Assembly (NCBI RefSeq): GCF_006345805.1
Contig: NC_043021.1
Coordinates: forward strand, 25,916,001 to 25,980,000
DNA: 64,000 nucleotides
Direction: 5' to 3'
Source of the DNA: Octopus sinensis
Lineage: Eukaryota
Below the pieces are notes generated by a model. That model did no database searches. It saw only the letters and a list, made by a program, of their open reading frames with translations, and was not told the DNA's origin. The position numbers were made by a program, and so were the translations under genes. Below, piece by piece: positions 37,546 to 51,099 of this stretch (its first letter is position 1; the number at the start of each line of letters is the position of its first letter).

Positions 37546-39269
37546 CTGGAAGAAGAAAATGACAAGGAAAAATCTAATAAAACAAAAATGATTTAGCAAG
37601 AATATTACCATGGCAACGGATTTCTGGAAACTTCTACTCAAATTCCTTTCACTAATTAGATATTGTATACTGAAATTATTCCAGCTTGTCACATTGTGTC
37701 ATTGCAAAGAGCCATGTTTGCTTGTCAGACTAAAGCATCTAATTTGGATGAACGAAAGCCAGAGAAATCCTTTGGTGTAACAGCATCACAACTGTCTGCG
37801 GAACAAGAGTCCGAGTCCTACATGTGGCTTTTTGCCTTTGCTTTTTTTTTTTCCTGTCCAAGGGATTTTTAATCTTACATTATGAGTGATTATTGGGATA
37901 CAACATTTATCCAAAGTCATTTACATAAAAGTCTATCACCCCCCTCACTGTTTTAACGTCCACTCTTCCATGCTCTCTCTCTCTCATGGGCCCAACAGAA
38001 TTTGTTGAGGAAAATTCTCTGCAACAGGATTCCCTTTCTGTCGTCAACCCTCATTTGTTCAGCAAAAAAGTTATTTTCTCTTTGGACAGATTTGTTTTCT
38101 TGCAAGACAGGAAATGACACTGCTTATATGACAGTGATACTCGTCTACGACTGCTACACAATGTTAAAACATGGAAACACAAACATACACACGTGTGTGT
38201 GTGTGTGTGGAAACAGATAAGGGTTGTCAAGAGGAATGTACTGCAGGCGTAACAATGTGTGGAAACAACTGTAGCAATATGAAATAAAGAATGTTGTTCA
38301 ATCCGTGTTCTCCAATTCATCTCTCTGTATAATCTTTATTTACATATATAAACATCATCATCAACAACATGATTATAGTGTCACTTTTCCATGCTTGCAT
38401 GGGTTGGACAGGAGTTCATTGAGACAGATTTTCTACAGTTGGATGCCTTCCTGTTGCCAACCATTATCCGTTTCCAAGTCAGGTAATATTTCTTCATGGC
38501 CAGACACATTTTTGTAGAATAGTGGAGATGAATGACACCGCTAGTATAACAGTGACACTCACTTCCATCCATCATGCAATATCAAGACAAAGAGATAGAA
38601 ACATAGACTCATAGACACACACAAATAAGACAAAGTGGTGCCACCTGGGTATCAAATATTTCTCTGTTTATATTTAATATATTTACGTTTAAATCGTTGG
38701 GAAATGAAGGGCAATAACTCTGGACTAACAAATGCGATGTTTGAGTAGACGAGAAAAGGTTGGTGTTTAGCTTCAAATATCACTTTTCTTTCAACGCTGA
38801 ATATATTGAAAGCAGGCAATGAAAGGTTAATTAGAAAATTAATGAAAATTATGTTCAACAGAACATTGACCAAAGAAACATTGCAGTAAATGCAAAAAGG
38901 AAATAAATCCTAACAGACAGCAAGGTTTATAAATCCATCGTTTGAAGCTTTGGAGGTTCCCAGAAGAGTTCAAACATTTGTTTGACAGTAACAAAGACTC
39001 TTGTTACACCAACGTCCATTTTCAACCCCAACCCCCTCCCCTTGTAATGCCATTTGATCATTACACAAACCCGCCGCATTGTAGAATGGCCAGGACATCT
39101 GGGTAATGTCCGAGGGGATCCCTATCAACAGCCACATCATCTTGTCTCTTTTCTAGCTTGTGACCAATATTCCTCGCCAACAAAGCATGATTTAGAGACC
39201 AATCCAAATTCATTGGACTCCAGTTGGGGCTGCTCCAAACAAGGAGACTCAATAAAAACTTGAAAATGG

Positions 39270-39440
39270 ATTTGCTGAACCAGGCAGAGTTGAGAAGCTT
39301 GCTTTCCAACCATGGGATTTTGAGTTCAGTCCCATTACAAGGCACTTTCAGCAAGTGCCTTCTACTACAGCTCCAGCATGACCAAAGCCTTGTGAGTGGA
39401 TTTGACAAACAATTACTAAAAGAAGGCCATCATGTGTGTG
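39270..39440 (+). mobile_element. SINE family A, 5' half, in OTUD3 intron
   Basis: gagaagcttgctttccaaccatgggattttgagttcagtcccattacaaggcac... Confidence 0.75.
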
Positions 39441-40674
39441 TGTGTGTGTACACCCTCTTCTTCTTGTTGTGTGATGATCGTAAACAACTGTCCCCGTCAT
39501 GCAAGGGATGTTCGTTTCCAGTCTTCCAAGAAAAACATGTCTGACTAAGGGGAAATATTACTTTGCTTAGAAACATGTGAGGGTTGTTGACAGGAAGAGC
39601 ATCCAGCCATAGAAAACCTGCCTCAACAAATTCCATCTGATCCATGCAAGCATGGAAAAGTGGATGTTTAAATCATTATAACATCAGGTCTATATTTGAG
39701 CTGATGTACGACCTCAGCACAACACAAAGTCCGCAACTATTTACTGAGATACCAATTTACATACACAAGCTTAATAGTGACAAAGTTATTTTGGTAAAGT
39801 TTTCATTATTTTCAAAATTAATTTAAACAAACACTCGTGTATTTCAACAGAAATTTGGTCATGAAGGAATTAAATTGAAATCCAGTTTTTAAGCGGAATT
39901 CTTGATTATAAAAATCTTATTTTTATGAATCAACAATAGCTAACAAGAAGTGCAAATTGCAAATGAGCCAAGCAGCCATGGCTGGAGAGGATATGAAGAA
40001 TATTGGATGATATACAGAGTTGAGATATATATATAATATAGAAGTGACACAGGTGTAATATTTGATGGGAAAGAGATGGAACTCGTGTGTGTTTGTAGTA
40101 GAAGATACCTTTGATGGGGGAGGCTAAGAGAAGAAGACATGGAGAGAAATGGTGAAGATCTTGACATGTTTGGCCTCATACCAAATAGCCTCCAACACTT
40201 CCATATCCTCAAAACCACACAGACACATTTATTTCAGTTGGCAACAGAAACGCAAATTGAAGTCTCCCTTAATAAGAAATTAATGTTTATTGACAACAGA
40301 ATTAACTAAATTTATCCTTTTAAAAAAAAAAAATAAAATGCGAAAAAAACTTGTATATCGCTCAACCCATGCCAAAGTTGTTTCGCCCGAATGGTCAAGC
40401 ACACACACAATCCAACAATTACAATAATAGAGACGTCCGTCAATCCAACCCATCACTTGTTTAGACATACCAATTAAGCAATCAAATTAATTATAGTGCA
40501 AACTAATTAGTGGTGTCTGTTCATCCACACTGACACCAAACACCTCAAACACAAAACGGAAAAGTAAAAGCAGATCTGTTGAACTTTGGCCTACAAAATC
40601 TATGGCATCTTCTAACCTATACTGACAAAGGCACTGGAACATGAAAGACATACATATATACATCACACACACAC

Positions 40675-40835
40675 ACACAGAGTAGCCTCTTTCAGTTGCA
40701 GTCTATCAAATCTTCTCATGAGGCTTTGGTTGGCTCAGGAATAAAGGAGAAGACTTCTGCTCAAGGTGCCATGCAGTAGGATCGAACTTAAAGGCAATGG
40801 TTGGGAAGCAAACTTCTTAACCACACAGCCATGTC
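40675..40835 (-). mobile_element. SINE family A, 5' half, in OTUD3 intron
   Basis: Reverse complement reads atggctgtgtggttaagaagtttgcttcccaacca... Confidence 0.8.
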
Positions 40836-40956
40836 TCCGCCTATATTCAAGATAAAAATACATCCTGTACGTTTGAATTGTTTCCAAGGCTGTTTGTGTG
40901 AGAGAGAGAGAGGTTGGGTGGAGGTGGAGGAGAATGAGATTCGAGTGGTGGCCTAC

Positions 40957-41079
40957 CTTTAGCCTGATGTTGGCAGGTGATTCAGTATTGTCATGGAGCC
41001 AGCGCAAACTTGAATAGTGGTCGCCATTATGGTAAGCAATGTGAAGCTGTGCTGCTGTGACATCTTTAGAACCTTGTAT
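40957..41079 (-). CDS. OTUD3: OTUD3 internal exon (123 nt), catalytic His loop
   Basis: tttccag|ATA CAA ... CTA AAG|gtaggc; IQGSKDVTAAQLHIAYHNGDHYSSLRWLHDNTESPANIRLK, matching LHIAY...HY.S. Not in the ORF track. Confidence 0.93.
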
Positions 41080-41137
41080 CTGGAAATTTAAACAAGTTTA
41101 CACATTATGTAGATATGTACAAACATACACTATTCAA

Positions 41138-41186
<49 letters not shown>

Positions 41187-41871
41187 CACACACGATGTGT
41201 AAGAATACAGACAGATTTAGTGTTCAGACCAGATCAAATATTTAAAATCTAACATCAAACGATGGCAGATGGGATCCAAGCAGACAAGAATTGGTTGTAT
41301 GTAATGTAGTGGTCAAGTTGATAAAATTGTAACTAAATAAAAGACGGACAGGAGGTCGTTAAATCAAAGCATTTATAAATTAGTTATACACAACTGACCA
41401 TAAATTAAATTAAGCAGAGAAAACAGGAAGCAAAAGTTCACATCCTTCATAGATAAGTAGATATCCAGAAACTTAATACTTTACAGCTGTTTCTGAGATG
41501 TGGTGATCAGTAAGTGCAACAATGTGTATTGTGTGTACATATATATGAAATAAATTGGTGTTAGTGAATATATTTTCTTTATTACTTTTGAAATTAATTG
41601 AAATAAAGTGTATTTCAATAAATTCGGTTAATGAGCAAATGGCCAGGTTGACAAACTTTAATACAGTCAACATATTGTAATATTAGAAAGCTCAAACCTT
41701 GTCTCACTTCTGCCTGGCCAATAACAAGTTGTACATAATCTTGTATCATGTATTTTGTTAGATTTTGTTTTGTTTTGTTTTGTTTTACATGCAAAGGGTG
41801 AGGACAAGAACTTCCACCTTAAAAAATACAGGTCCAAGAATTTCTGATAAAAAAATGTAACTAAAACTTAC

Positions 41872-41984
41872 TAGCAAAAAAGGAGAATTTAACTGATGAA
41901 TGACTATATGTACTTGATGAAGGCGGCCAAAAGCAGCAATCGCATCGTTACCCGCATAGGTCCCAGGTTTTTTCAGATTGTACA
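41872..41984 (-). CDS. OTUD3: OTUD3 internal exon (113 nt, phase 1 to 0), OTU domain
   Basis: ctttacag|TG TAC AAT ... TTG CTA|gtaagt; (L)[37 protein letters not shown]. Confidence 0.95.
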
Positions 41985-42279
41985 CTGTAAAGGAAAGAGA
42001 AATAGAGAAATAACAACAACAACAACAATAATAATCCTTTCTACTATAAGCACAAGGCTCAAAATTTGGGGGAAAGGGGCTAGTTGATAATAGCAAGCCC
42101 AGTGCTTGATATTTCATTGACCCCGAAAGGATGAAAGGCAAAGATGACTTCACCAGAATTTGAACTCAGTACATGAAGATGGATGACATGCCACTAAGCG
42201 TTTTGTCTGGCAAGCTAAACATCTTGCCAGTTCGATGCCTTATCAATAATAACAACAATAATAATAATAATAATAAAAA

Positions 42280-42400
42280 ACATTCAGACAAATACATAAC
42301 AAAAACACCAGGATTTAGAAGTATATATAACATAGAGAAAATAGCACTACTAGGCACTGCACACCTCCTACATGAAACACTTTCAATATGATGGAAATAA
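42280..42400 (+). mobile_element. R4/Dong-like (RLE) non-LTR element 3' terminal fragment
   Basis: IYNIEKIALLGTAHLLHETL terminal motif directly after an (AAT)n tract. Confidence 0.65.
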
Positions 42401-42544
42401 GAGCACCACAACAAACCACAGCCCATACCTGAGGCACACAGAGCTGCGCTCGGTGGTGCAAGGAAAAAAATTAAAATAAAACTACTGAATAACAATAATT
42501 ATTATTATTATTATTTTCCAATTGATTTGCATTTTATTTCATCT

Positions 42545-42602
<58 letters not shown>

Positions 42603-42789
42603 TGTTGTTGTCATCGTCATCCTATCTGCTTCAGGCATAAGTATTTGAATGGTTCTTATTTTACTGACTCCAAAAGAATGGAAAGCAAAATTATTTCAAC
42701 AAATTTGGAATCAGAGTGTGAAGAACTGCAACAAATATTGCAAAATATCTTTTCCAACATTCTAAAGATTTTGTCAGTTCACTAACCCA

Positions 42790-43020
42790 ATCATCATCAT
42801 CATCATCATCATCGTTTAACGTCCGCTTTCCGCGCTAGCACGGGTTGGACGGTTCGACTGGGTCTGGGAAGCCAGGGGCCGCTCCAGGCTCCAGTCTGAA
42901 TCTGGCAGAGTTTCTACGGCTGGATGCCCTTCCTAACGCCAACCACTCCGTGAGTGGATTGGGTGCTTTTTACGTGCCACCTGCACAGGGGCCGGAGGGT
43001 CCGGCATCGTCACGACGATA
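42790..43020 (-). mobile_element. RTE LINE 3'UTR/tail fragment
   Basis: (CAT)n cgtttaacgtccgctttccgcgctagcacgggttgg... Confidence 0.85.
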
Positions 43021-43042
43021 ATAATAATTCCATGTGTGTGTG

Positions 43043-43073
<31 letters not shown>

Positions 43074-43783
43074 ATCCACACACTGACAGAAATATATGTA
43101 CCTGTGCGGCATAGTCCACATTAAATATGGACCTATTAAATATAAGAAATTTCTTGATGACTCTGTGCTAGCAAAAACTATAAAAAGACACAGAACACTG
43201 TTCCAGTATGACTCATCTAACTCATGCTAGCAGGGGAAAAGCAGACATGAAAACAATGATGACAATGTCTTGGAATTGCTTTGTGGTTTGGGACCCATTA
43301 AGAGGAGCTGATAGGTTTATCCAGCAGGTAAATCTAAATCTCTCCAGAATCAAAGAAAATGAATTAGTTTAAATAATTATGGAAGCAGTTCTCAGTGACA
43401 GAGCATGTCTCAGAATTTGCCAAACTGTGAGCCTTAGAAATTCACTGGGACCTATCTGTCTCCATACAGGGCACTGACAGAAAGTCTGTCTGAAGGAACC
43501 TACGACTTTCTCAAGTCATACACTTGATGGGATCCGAGTTCAACATAAGTCCAAGCAACACTTAATTATACAGTGCTCCCACTGTTTACAGCAATAACAT
43601 TTAAAACCATGTTGTGAACGATAATGTGTAGTGAACCAATTTTAGAGTTAAATGCCTGGACCACCAGCACCAAACACAGCAATGAGACATGCTGTTATTT
43701 TAGGACCATGCTTATTAAGTCTGACACAGGAGATGATTAGAGAAGAGGGTCGTGGTCAGAGAGGCTCAATGAAAATAACTTAC

Positions 43784-43932
43784 AATAATGTTCAAACTGT
43801 ATGTTGTCTTCGACGAATGGTGCAAAGTCTTTCTTGTTTTTTAACATGTATTCAACAACTTTTAACCGATGACAATAATGGTTGCGGCCGTGTCCCTCGA
43901 GTTGGTCACCAAGAGCACGGAACAAACAGTTT
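43784..43932 (-). CDS. OTUD3: OTUD3 internal exon (149 nt, phase 2 to 1), catalytic Cys loop
   Basis: gttgcag|A AAC TGT TTG ... CAT TAT T|gtaagt; (G)[49 protein letters not shown], the OTUD3 signature. Confidence 0.96.
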
Positions 43933-43952
43933 CTGCAACAACAAGGAAAGAG

Positions 43953-43991
<39 letters not shown>

Positions 43992-44099
43992 ACAAACACA
44001 CGTATATAATTATATAGGCATACACGCATAGAAAGACAAATAGAAGAAATTCATAAATCACAAATATAAACAGTTGCAAAAATAATTTTTAAAACAATC

Positions 44100-44257
44100 T
44101 ACAGCCATGGCTGAGTGGTAAGAAGTTTGCTTCCCAACCACATGGTTCCAGGTTCAGTCCCACTGCATGGCACTTTTAGTGAATGTCTCCTATTATAGAC
44201 CCAGGCCAACCAAAACCTTGTGAGTGAATTTGGTAGACAGAAACTGAAAGAAGCCTC

Positions 44258-44291
<34 letters not shown>

Positions 44292-44480
44292 CTTATTTCC
44301 AGTCACTGGTGTCTGTTTGTTTATGTCCCCAAAACATAATAGTTCAGCAAAAAGAGAAGGAGAGCATAAATACTACACTTAAAAAGATAAGCACTGAAGT
44401 CAATTTGTTTAAATGAACCTTTCAATGTGGTGCCCCAGCATGGCCACAGTCCAATGACTGAAACAGGTAAGAAGTAATGA
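44100..44480 (+). mobile_element. SINE family A, full-length
   Basis: catggctgagtggtaagaagtttgcttcccaacc...gactgaaacaggtaagaag. Confidence 0.85.
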
Positions 44481-47059
44481 ATACAAACACACATCACACA
44501 CACACACATAAACTAATGCACACAAACATTTGTTCATACAGTCACACATACACACACACCATATATACATAGACATACACACACATCACATATACAGACA
44601 TACACACACAGACACACACATCACATATACATAGCTTTACACACACACACACATGCATTGGGATGAACACTGGCAATTGTGTTTTGCTTGTGCTTTCTCA
44701 ACGTTACCTTCCTAATGGTAACCAGTGGAATGTGAACGAGGAGAGGAACCTGTTTGTCAGTCAGATGGACTGACATAATCAGAGTTATGTCCCTTGTCTA
44801 AACAGTCATTTGTCTAAAAGAGTTAAATAAATATTGATTCCTCTCGGCTTGTGTCACATTTCCTCTCGCAACTTCCATCGGAATCTTCCTCCCTGGCTTT
44901 GCTGATCCAGCAAGATTAACTGACAGCTTCCCAGTTGATTATTGACAATGATTTATTGATTGATCAGTGGAATTTAGCAATATCACACACACACACACAC
45001 ACAGAGTGATCAATAAAGCTAGCATTTGGTATATTTAGGATGTAATACAAGTGAAGGAAGGTGGGAGAGGGGGACAGAGAGGGAAGAGGGAAAGGGTGGA
45101 AGAAGGGGAAGGGGTAGAGAAGTGAACATGAAAAAAGTTGACAGACAGACAAAGAGAACGGTTGACATGAGAAGTCGTCAAAACTATCTGATCAATAATA
45201 TTTCATCAATCACACAATGGAACCTGCATCTCTCTCGCTCCCCACCCCCCAATGTACACTGGTTACAATTTTCTGCCTCATTCCCTACAAAAACAAGAAA
45301 CAAGAAACACTTCTGTTATAATAAATAGGTGTCTTTAGACCCCAACACAAACTGATGTCAATAAGGGAGTGACTAAATTGTTATTTAAGTTGTAGGATAT
45401 AGCAGCCAATTGACCCTCAATTAATTAGATCTTTTTTCAAATCTTACATTACTGGGCCTCCTTTCTGAAGCCAGTAGAAAGAACTGTTGTAGTAGCAGTG
45501 GTGGTGGTGATGGTGGTGGTGGTAGCAGTAGTGGTAGCAGCAGTAGCAGCAGTTGCTGGTGGTGACAGTGAGAATCCCCAGCTGACTGCTTGAGTAAGCA
45601 AGTTTCTACTCTGGACCAACCAAATAACTCAGCACAATGGATGACTCTACAATTAGAAAATTACTATTTTTAAATCTCACAACGAGAGATATTCAGCAAC
45701 GGTACTTTGTAGTAAAGATTGTTTGCTAACATAACATGGCAGCCCTGGTTTAGGATGAATGTTACTGTAATTTAGCCCCAGGAGACATTGTCTCCAGCTG
45801 GCTGAACAGCACAATCTGTGTCCTTATATAAATCCTAAACCAGGACTGCCATGTTATGTTGGCAAACAACCTTTCCTATGACTATACAATTGTCAGACAG
45901 TCAGCCTATTCGGTTAACCTTTCCCATACTAATTAATTGTCCCTCGTTCTAGGATACAAACTTTCAGTTCCAAAGTGATCTGCATTAAAATTTTCCCCCA
46001 AAAAATATTCAAGTAATTTACATTCCAATCACTTGTTTAATTCTGACAAAATTATTTTAGTAAATTCTTCATTATTTTGAAAAATTAACTGAAATAAATG
46101 CTCAGGAATTTCAACAGAAATATGGGTCAGGAAGGAGTTGAACTGAAATCCAGATTGTTCTTATGTTTATTAGTCTGCAGAAGCAAACAAGAAGAGCAAA
46201 TTGAAAATGAGCTGAGCAATGCTTGGAGAGGATATGAAGAATATTAGAAGATGTATAGAGGTGAGACAGGTGTATATTTGATGGGGGAGATTAAGAGGAG
46301 AAAACATGGAGAGAAATGGTAAGGATCTTGACATGTTTGGTCTCACAGATGAGATAATTCAGGACTGAGATGAACTGGTGACTTGCTGTAAGAGAGAACC
46401 TACCTGATGCATGGCAGCACAGCAAAATGGACATTTGAACTGAGAACATAAGGACAGGTGAAATGCATTTTACCTGCTATCCAAACAATTCTGCCGGCTC
46501 AGCACTTTAATAGAAAAGATGGACTCTTCCATCGCAGGGTTCGACTCTTGCCAGGCGACCTGCACAAATCTGTTTATGGTAATTGAATGCAAGGCACTGT
46601 ACACTGTCTCACCTGACTCCATCAAATCAACATTATCTGAACAGGTGCACGATGTACCATGCAACAGGTGTTGAAGTAATCACAGAGCAATGTGAGATGA
46701 AGTAATTTGCTCAAGAACACAACACCCCAACACCCACCCACCCAGTCTAGGAAGTGACATCACAATCGCTAAATCACAAGTACAACACCCTAAGCACTAA
46801 GCCATAATAATAATAATATAATAATAATAATAATAATAATAATCCTTTCAGGCACAAGGTTTGAAATTGTGGAGAGGGGGCTAATTGATTCCATCAACCC
46901 CAGTGTTTCATTGGTACTTAATTTATCAACCCCGAAATGAGGAGAGGCATAGTCAACCACAGAGCAATTTGAACTTAGAACATAGCGATGGGTATAATAT
47001 CGCTAAGCATTTTGTCTGCCTTGCTAACGATTCTACCAGCTCACCACCTTAATAATAAT

Positions 47060-47680
47060 AATGTCGGACTATCAACAATTATAAAAGCAAAATAATGAAA
47101 ACAAGCCCTAACACCAAATGCAGAATGAGCAACCAGCACCATGAGACAACTGACCACATCATCTCGGGCAGTCCAGTCCTTGCCAAGTCTGAATGTTTAT
47201 ACAGAGACGACCAAGTAAGTAGATATATCCACTGAACAACATGCCGACACTACAACATAAAAACGGACAATAAATGGTATAAACTTGTGCCAAACAAGGT
47301 ACAAGACAATAACTATGCCATAATCATCTGGCATCTACCTATTTGAACTGACAAAGAAATAAAAACTAATAATAAGGATTGGAAAAACAACACCTGCTTA
47401 CTGACAGACATTGCAGTCCATTCTGACCAAAATATTGTCCAAAAAGAAGTGGGGAAATTGTCAAATTGTCAAAGTACAAAATCCTTGAAATTAAAGAATT
47501 CAAGATGTACAGCATGAAGATGAAAACAATACAGTAATAATTGGAGCATTCGGCATGATAAAAAGACATAGGAACAAAAACGTTGAAGCTATACCTGGAT
47601 CCTCAACACTACATGCTATTCAAAAAATAGCCCTGCTAGGAACTGCCCACATCCTAGGCAAGACACTACCAATTCAATAA
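47060..47680 (+). mobile_element. R4/Dong-like non-LTR element, zinc knuckle plus restriction-like endonuclease, degenerate
   Basis: CRM...HETTDHIISGSPVLAKSECLYRDDQVSRYIH, CLLTDIAV, IQKIALLGTAHILGKTL; begins right after an (AAT)n tract. Confidence 0.75.
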
Positions 47681-47973
47681 TACAACCCAAACAAAACAAT
47701 CCACAAAAACAAGACACACTATACAGCAAATATCCAATGAAATAAACTGCCACCAGCAGGCTAGATAACTAATGCATTACACACTCAACACATAATACAA
47801 ACATGAATTCAACAAAAGGCTGCACCACATCTCAAAAAAAAAAAAAAAACAAGAAAAGAAACTAACGCAGTAAAATACCAGGTAGAGTTTGCACATTCCC
47901 AACAACAAAAAGAACACACAATGCTGCACAAAGGTGCAGCAGAAATTTGCTTGAAACTAGCTAATGTTGAATG

Positions 47974-48014
<41 letters not shown>

Positions 48015-48119
48015 CATATTCTGGTATGTAAAGCAGGAAGAAGGAGAAGAGATGTGACAGAGATAAGCCAAGAAAAGAATGATGATAATAATGATGATGA
48101 TGATGATGATAAAGGATCA

Positions 48120-48450
48120 AAGAGAAAGAAGAAGAGAAATTGAACAACTACGATGATTTGAAGTGGGAAATAGGAAGGTTGAGGTCAATGAGGAGAGTAG
48201 ACATGATACCAGTAGTAATTGGTGCAGTTGGAAGTATCAGCACTCAACTATCAGTATGACTGAAAAAGATTGGTACAAGTTTGAAGGTAGAACACCTAGA
48301 AAAATAAGCATTCCTTGGAACTGCAAGAATTCTTGGCAGGGTTCTTGAAGCATGTCTAGTAAACAAGTGTCACCTTAGTCTGCCGGCTGTGGACAGCTGA
48401 CACTTTCCATCATATCCACCAAAATAAGCTGAGAGTCTTCATCACATAAT
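48120..48450 (+). mobile_element. Second R4/Dong-like family, 3' end
   Basis: EEKLNNYDDLKWEIGRLRSMRRVDMIPVVIGAVGSI and AFLGTARILGRVLE; (TAA)n-like tail. Confidence 0.75.
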
Positions 48451-48989
48451 AATAATGATGATAAATTCTTCCTGAAAAAGGCACAAGGTCTGAAACTTGG
48501 GGGACGGGGATAATCGACCCCAGTATTTGACTGGTACTTATTTTATCAACCCTGAAAGGATGAAAGGCAAAGTGCTCTTGGCAGAATTTGAACTCAGAAT
48601 TCAATGCTGGAAGAAATGCTGCCAAGCTTTTTGTCCAGCATGCTAATGATTCTGCCAGCTCCCTGTCTTTAACTGTTTCACGTTTTGGCACAAGGCCAGC
48701 AGTTTTGGGAACAGAGAATTAGTTGATCTCATTGATCCCTGTACATTGATCCCTGCTATTTTAATTTATTGACTCCAGAAGGATGAAAGGCAAAATGGAT
48801 TCTGATAAGATTTGGGTCAAAACATAAAGAACCAGAAGAAAGGCTATGAAGCATTTTGTTTGACGCACCAACATCCCTTCCAGCTCACCACCTTAAATAA
48901 TAATAATAATAATAATAATAATAGAAAACATTGTCGTGTTGAAAACACCCGATTCTCTTAAAATGTAAAAGTGAAAAATAAATTGAAGA

Positions 48990-49340
48990 GAATGTTAGTT
49001 ATTGGAATCTGGTCTCTTCAAATGTGAAAACTGGAAGGAAAGACCAAGGACAGCTTCCAGTCCCTATGCTCAAGGAGAATACTCGACATCAAGTGGCTGT
49101 GAAAAGTCCGAAATTATACAATTGACAAACGGACAGAATAAGATGCAGACACTGGAACTGGATCAGACACATTCTCTGACAATATGGAGAAAGTGAGTGT
49201 CATGGTGGCACTGAAGTGACAACAGCCTGAGGGGTAAAGATCCACAGGGCACCGTAAAACCAGACATGGTGGAAGAGCATTGAGAAGAGATGAAAAGGGT
49301 GGAGAAGAAGAGATGAGGAGACCAGAAGAGTGGTAGGAAA
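48990..49340 (+). mobile_element. RTE-like LINE 3' remnant
   Basis: Degenerate RCRHWNWIRHIL...QPEG*RSTGHRKTRHGGR resembles the RTE W.W.GH.LR...PEG.R..GRPK motif. Confidence 0.55.
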
Positions 49341-49527
49341 CAAAGCTGGTTGGAGAGATCAAGTTGTGACATTATGTGCCTCGTGGCACACACAGACAAC
49401 TGACTGACTAACCATAAATAACACACTTAGTGAAATGTCAAACTTACTCTTACTTGAAGTCTCTTTCTGAGACTTGGAACAGCTTAGATAAAATAAAGCA
49501 ACAACACTGTAGATGATGATGATAATG

Positions 49528-49586
<59 letters not shown>

Positions 49587-50368
49587 TTCATTTCTTTGCC
49601 ACAAGGGCGAAGGATGAGGGGGATAATACAGAGATAGAGTTAAAGTGTGTGTGTGTGGGGGGGGGTTACATATAATAATGAAATGGTAAAAAAAACTTTT
49701 ATTTAAGTTTACACTGGAAAAGGGACATAGGCATAGAAAGGTAAAAAAAACAAAAAAAGATTTTTTTTATATTGCTGTCAAGACCATAATAATAATAATA
49801 ATAATAATAATGGTGAAGACAACACTTGAAGATGATGATGATGATGATGATGTCATTGACTGCCTTAATATGCATGAATGAAGACCAGCAATTGAAGTAA
49901 CATTTTGGAAAAGAAACATAAATATAAAAAAAAAAGGGAAAAAAACAATAAAGCAATAAAAAAAAACAGTCCCCAGAAATTAAGTGTTAAGTAATCGAGT
50001 TGTCAATCAGAAAAGAAAAAAGCCTTTCCAAATATAGAAATGAATGAGTAAGAAGGGTGGAATGGTGAGGGTGGGGGTGGGAGGTGAAGTGGTATGTAAA
50101 CGGAGGGAGGGGGAAGGAGGAGGAGGAGGAGGAGGAGGAGGAGGTAGTTTGTTTCTAATCAGTTTGGAATTCCTCATACATTCATGGAACAGTAGAGAAG
50201 AGCCACCGGTAATTTGGAGGAGAGAAAAGCTTGAGATTCCAACAAGGTTTTACTACTTCACCCCCCACACCCACCCCACTGTCTCTCTCTCTCCCACTTT
50301 CTCTTTCTTTCTCCCCCCTCCCTCTCTGTATCTCCCTTACAATAACAAAACCTAACAACGACGTCCAG

Positions 50369-50386
50369 CTGTTTCCACGGAAACAG
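50369..50386. promoter_or_regulatory. Palindromic RFX X-box-like site CTGTTTCC-AC-GGAAACAG
   Basis: Perfect 8-bp arms with a 2-nt spacer; core GTTTCCACGGAAAC fits the RFX consensus GTTNCCNNGGNAAC; lies in non-repeat sequence. Confidence 0.35.
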
Positions 50387-51099
50387 GCCCAAGGAAGCAG
50401 GTATGCCAAGGCCGAAAGAATTGAAGTGTCTCAGAGTGGGGAAACTTTTAGCAGACCAAGAATTTGGTAAATGGGTGGAGAGAGAGAGAGAGAGAGAGAG
50501 TCCACAAGTGGACAGTGTTGTTGAGCAAAACCAAGTCCAGAATACTGGTTCATTACACCATGACTACCTGTAAGACTGTAATTAATAAATTAATTAGAAA
50601 TGTATTAACTCCACAACATCAATTTGCTTTTAACAAAGTGCCAGTGGCATGAAAAGGGCACCCAGTATGCACTGTACTGTGGCTGGCATTACGAAGGGCA
50701 CTTAGCCATAGAAACCGTGCCAGAGCTGACACTGGAACTTGTGTGGTCAGCTTGCCAGGTATTGTCCAACAATCCAAACCATGCTAGCCTGAAAACAGGC
50801 ATTAAACAATGATGACAGCATTGTATAAAAGTATTCAGCATTTGTGGTGATCTAACACTGCCACTGAAGGTTTTAGTTCTTTCAGTAACAGAATGAGAAT
50901 TATACTAAGAATGACCGAGTTCCTTTGGAAAAGGACGATAGACACCAAGTCACAAATGAAACTGTGAGCTGAATGACTTCCCCCACCCCGACCCATCTAG
51001 GTGAACAGATTTGTCCAACCTGTGTCAGGATGAGTTGTAGATCGAAGACAGTGACAGAACCAATCGTCTTTCAGGTTAACAACACAAACATTTATTGGA

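Noticed and set aside
41480-41512. CTGATCA...GAAACAGCTGTA as a functional ribozyme in the sense strand of an OTUD3 intron
   Set aside because: G8 is changed to C and stem II cannot form; kept only as a degenerate family member.
50985-51060. Candidate OTUD3 exon 1 ending GATGG|gt (also the ggggatgggg and ggtgatgggg sites near 57020 and 58445)
   Set aside because: In-frame upstream stop or wrong phase, and no LGL.L..VPGDG similarity.
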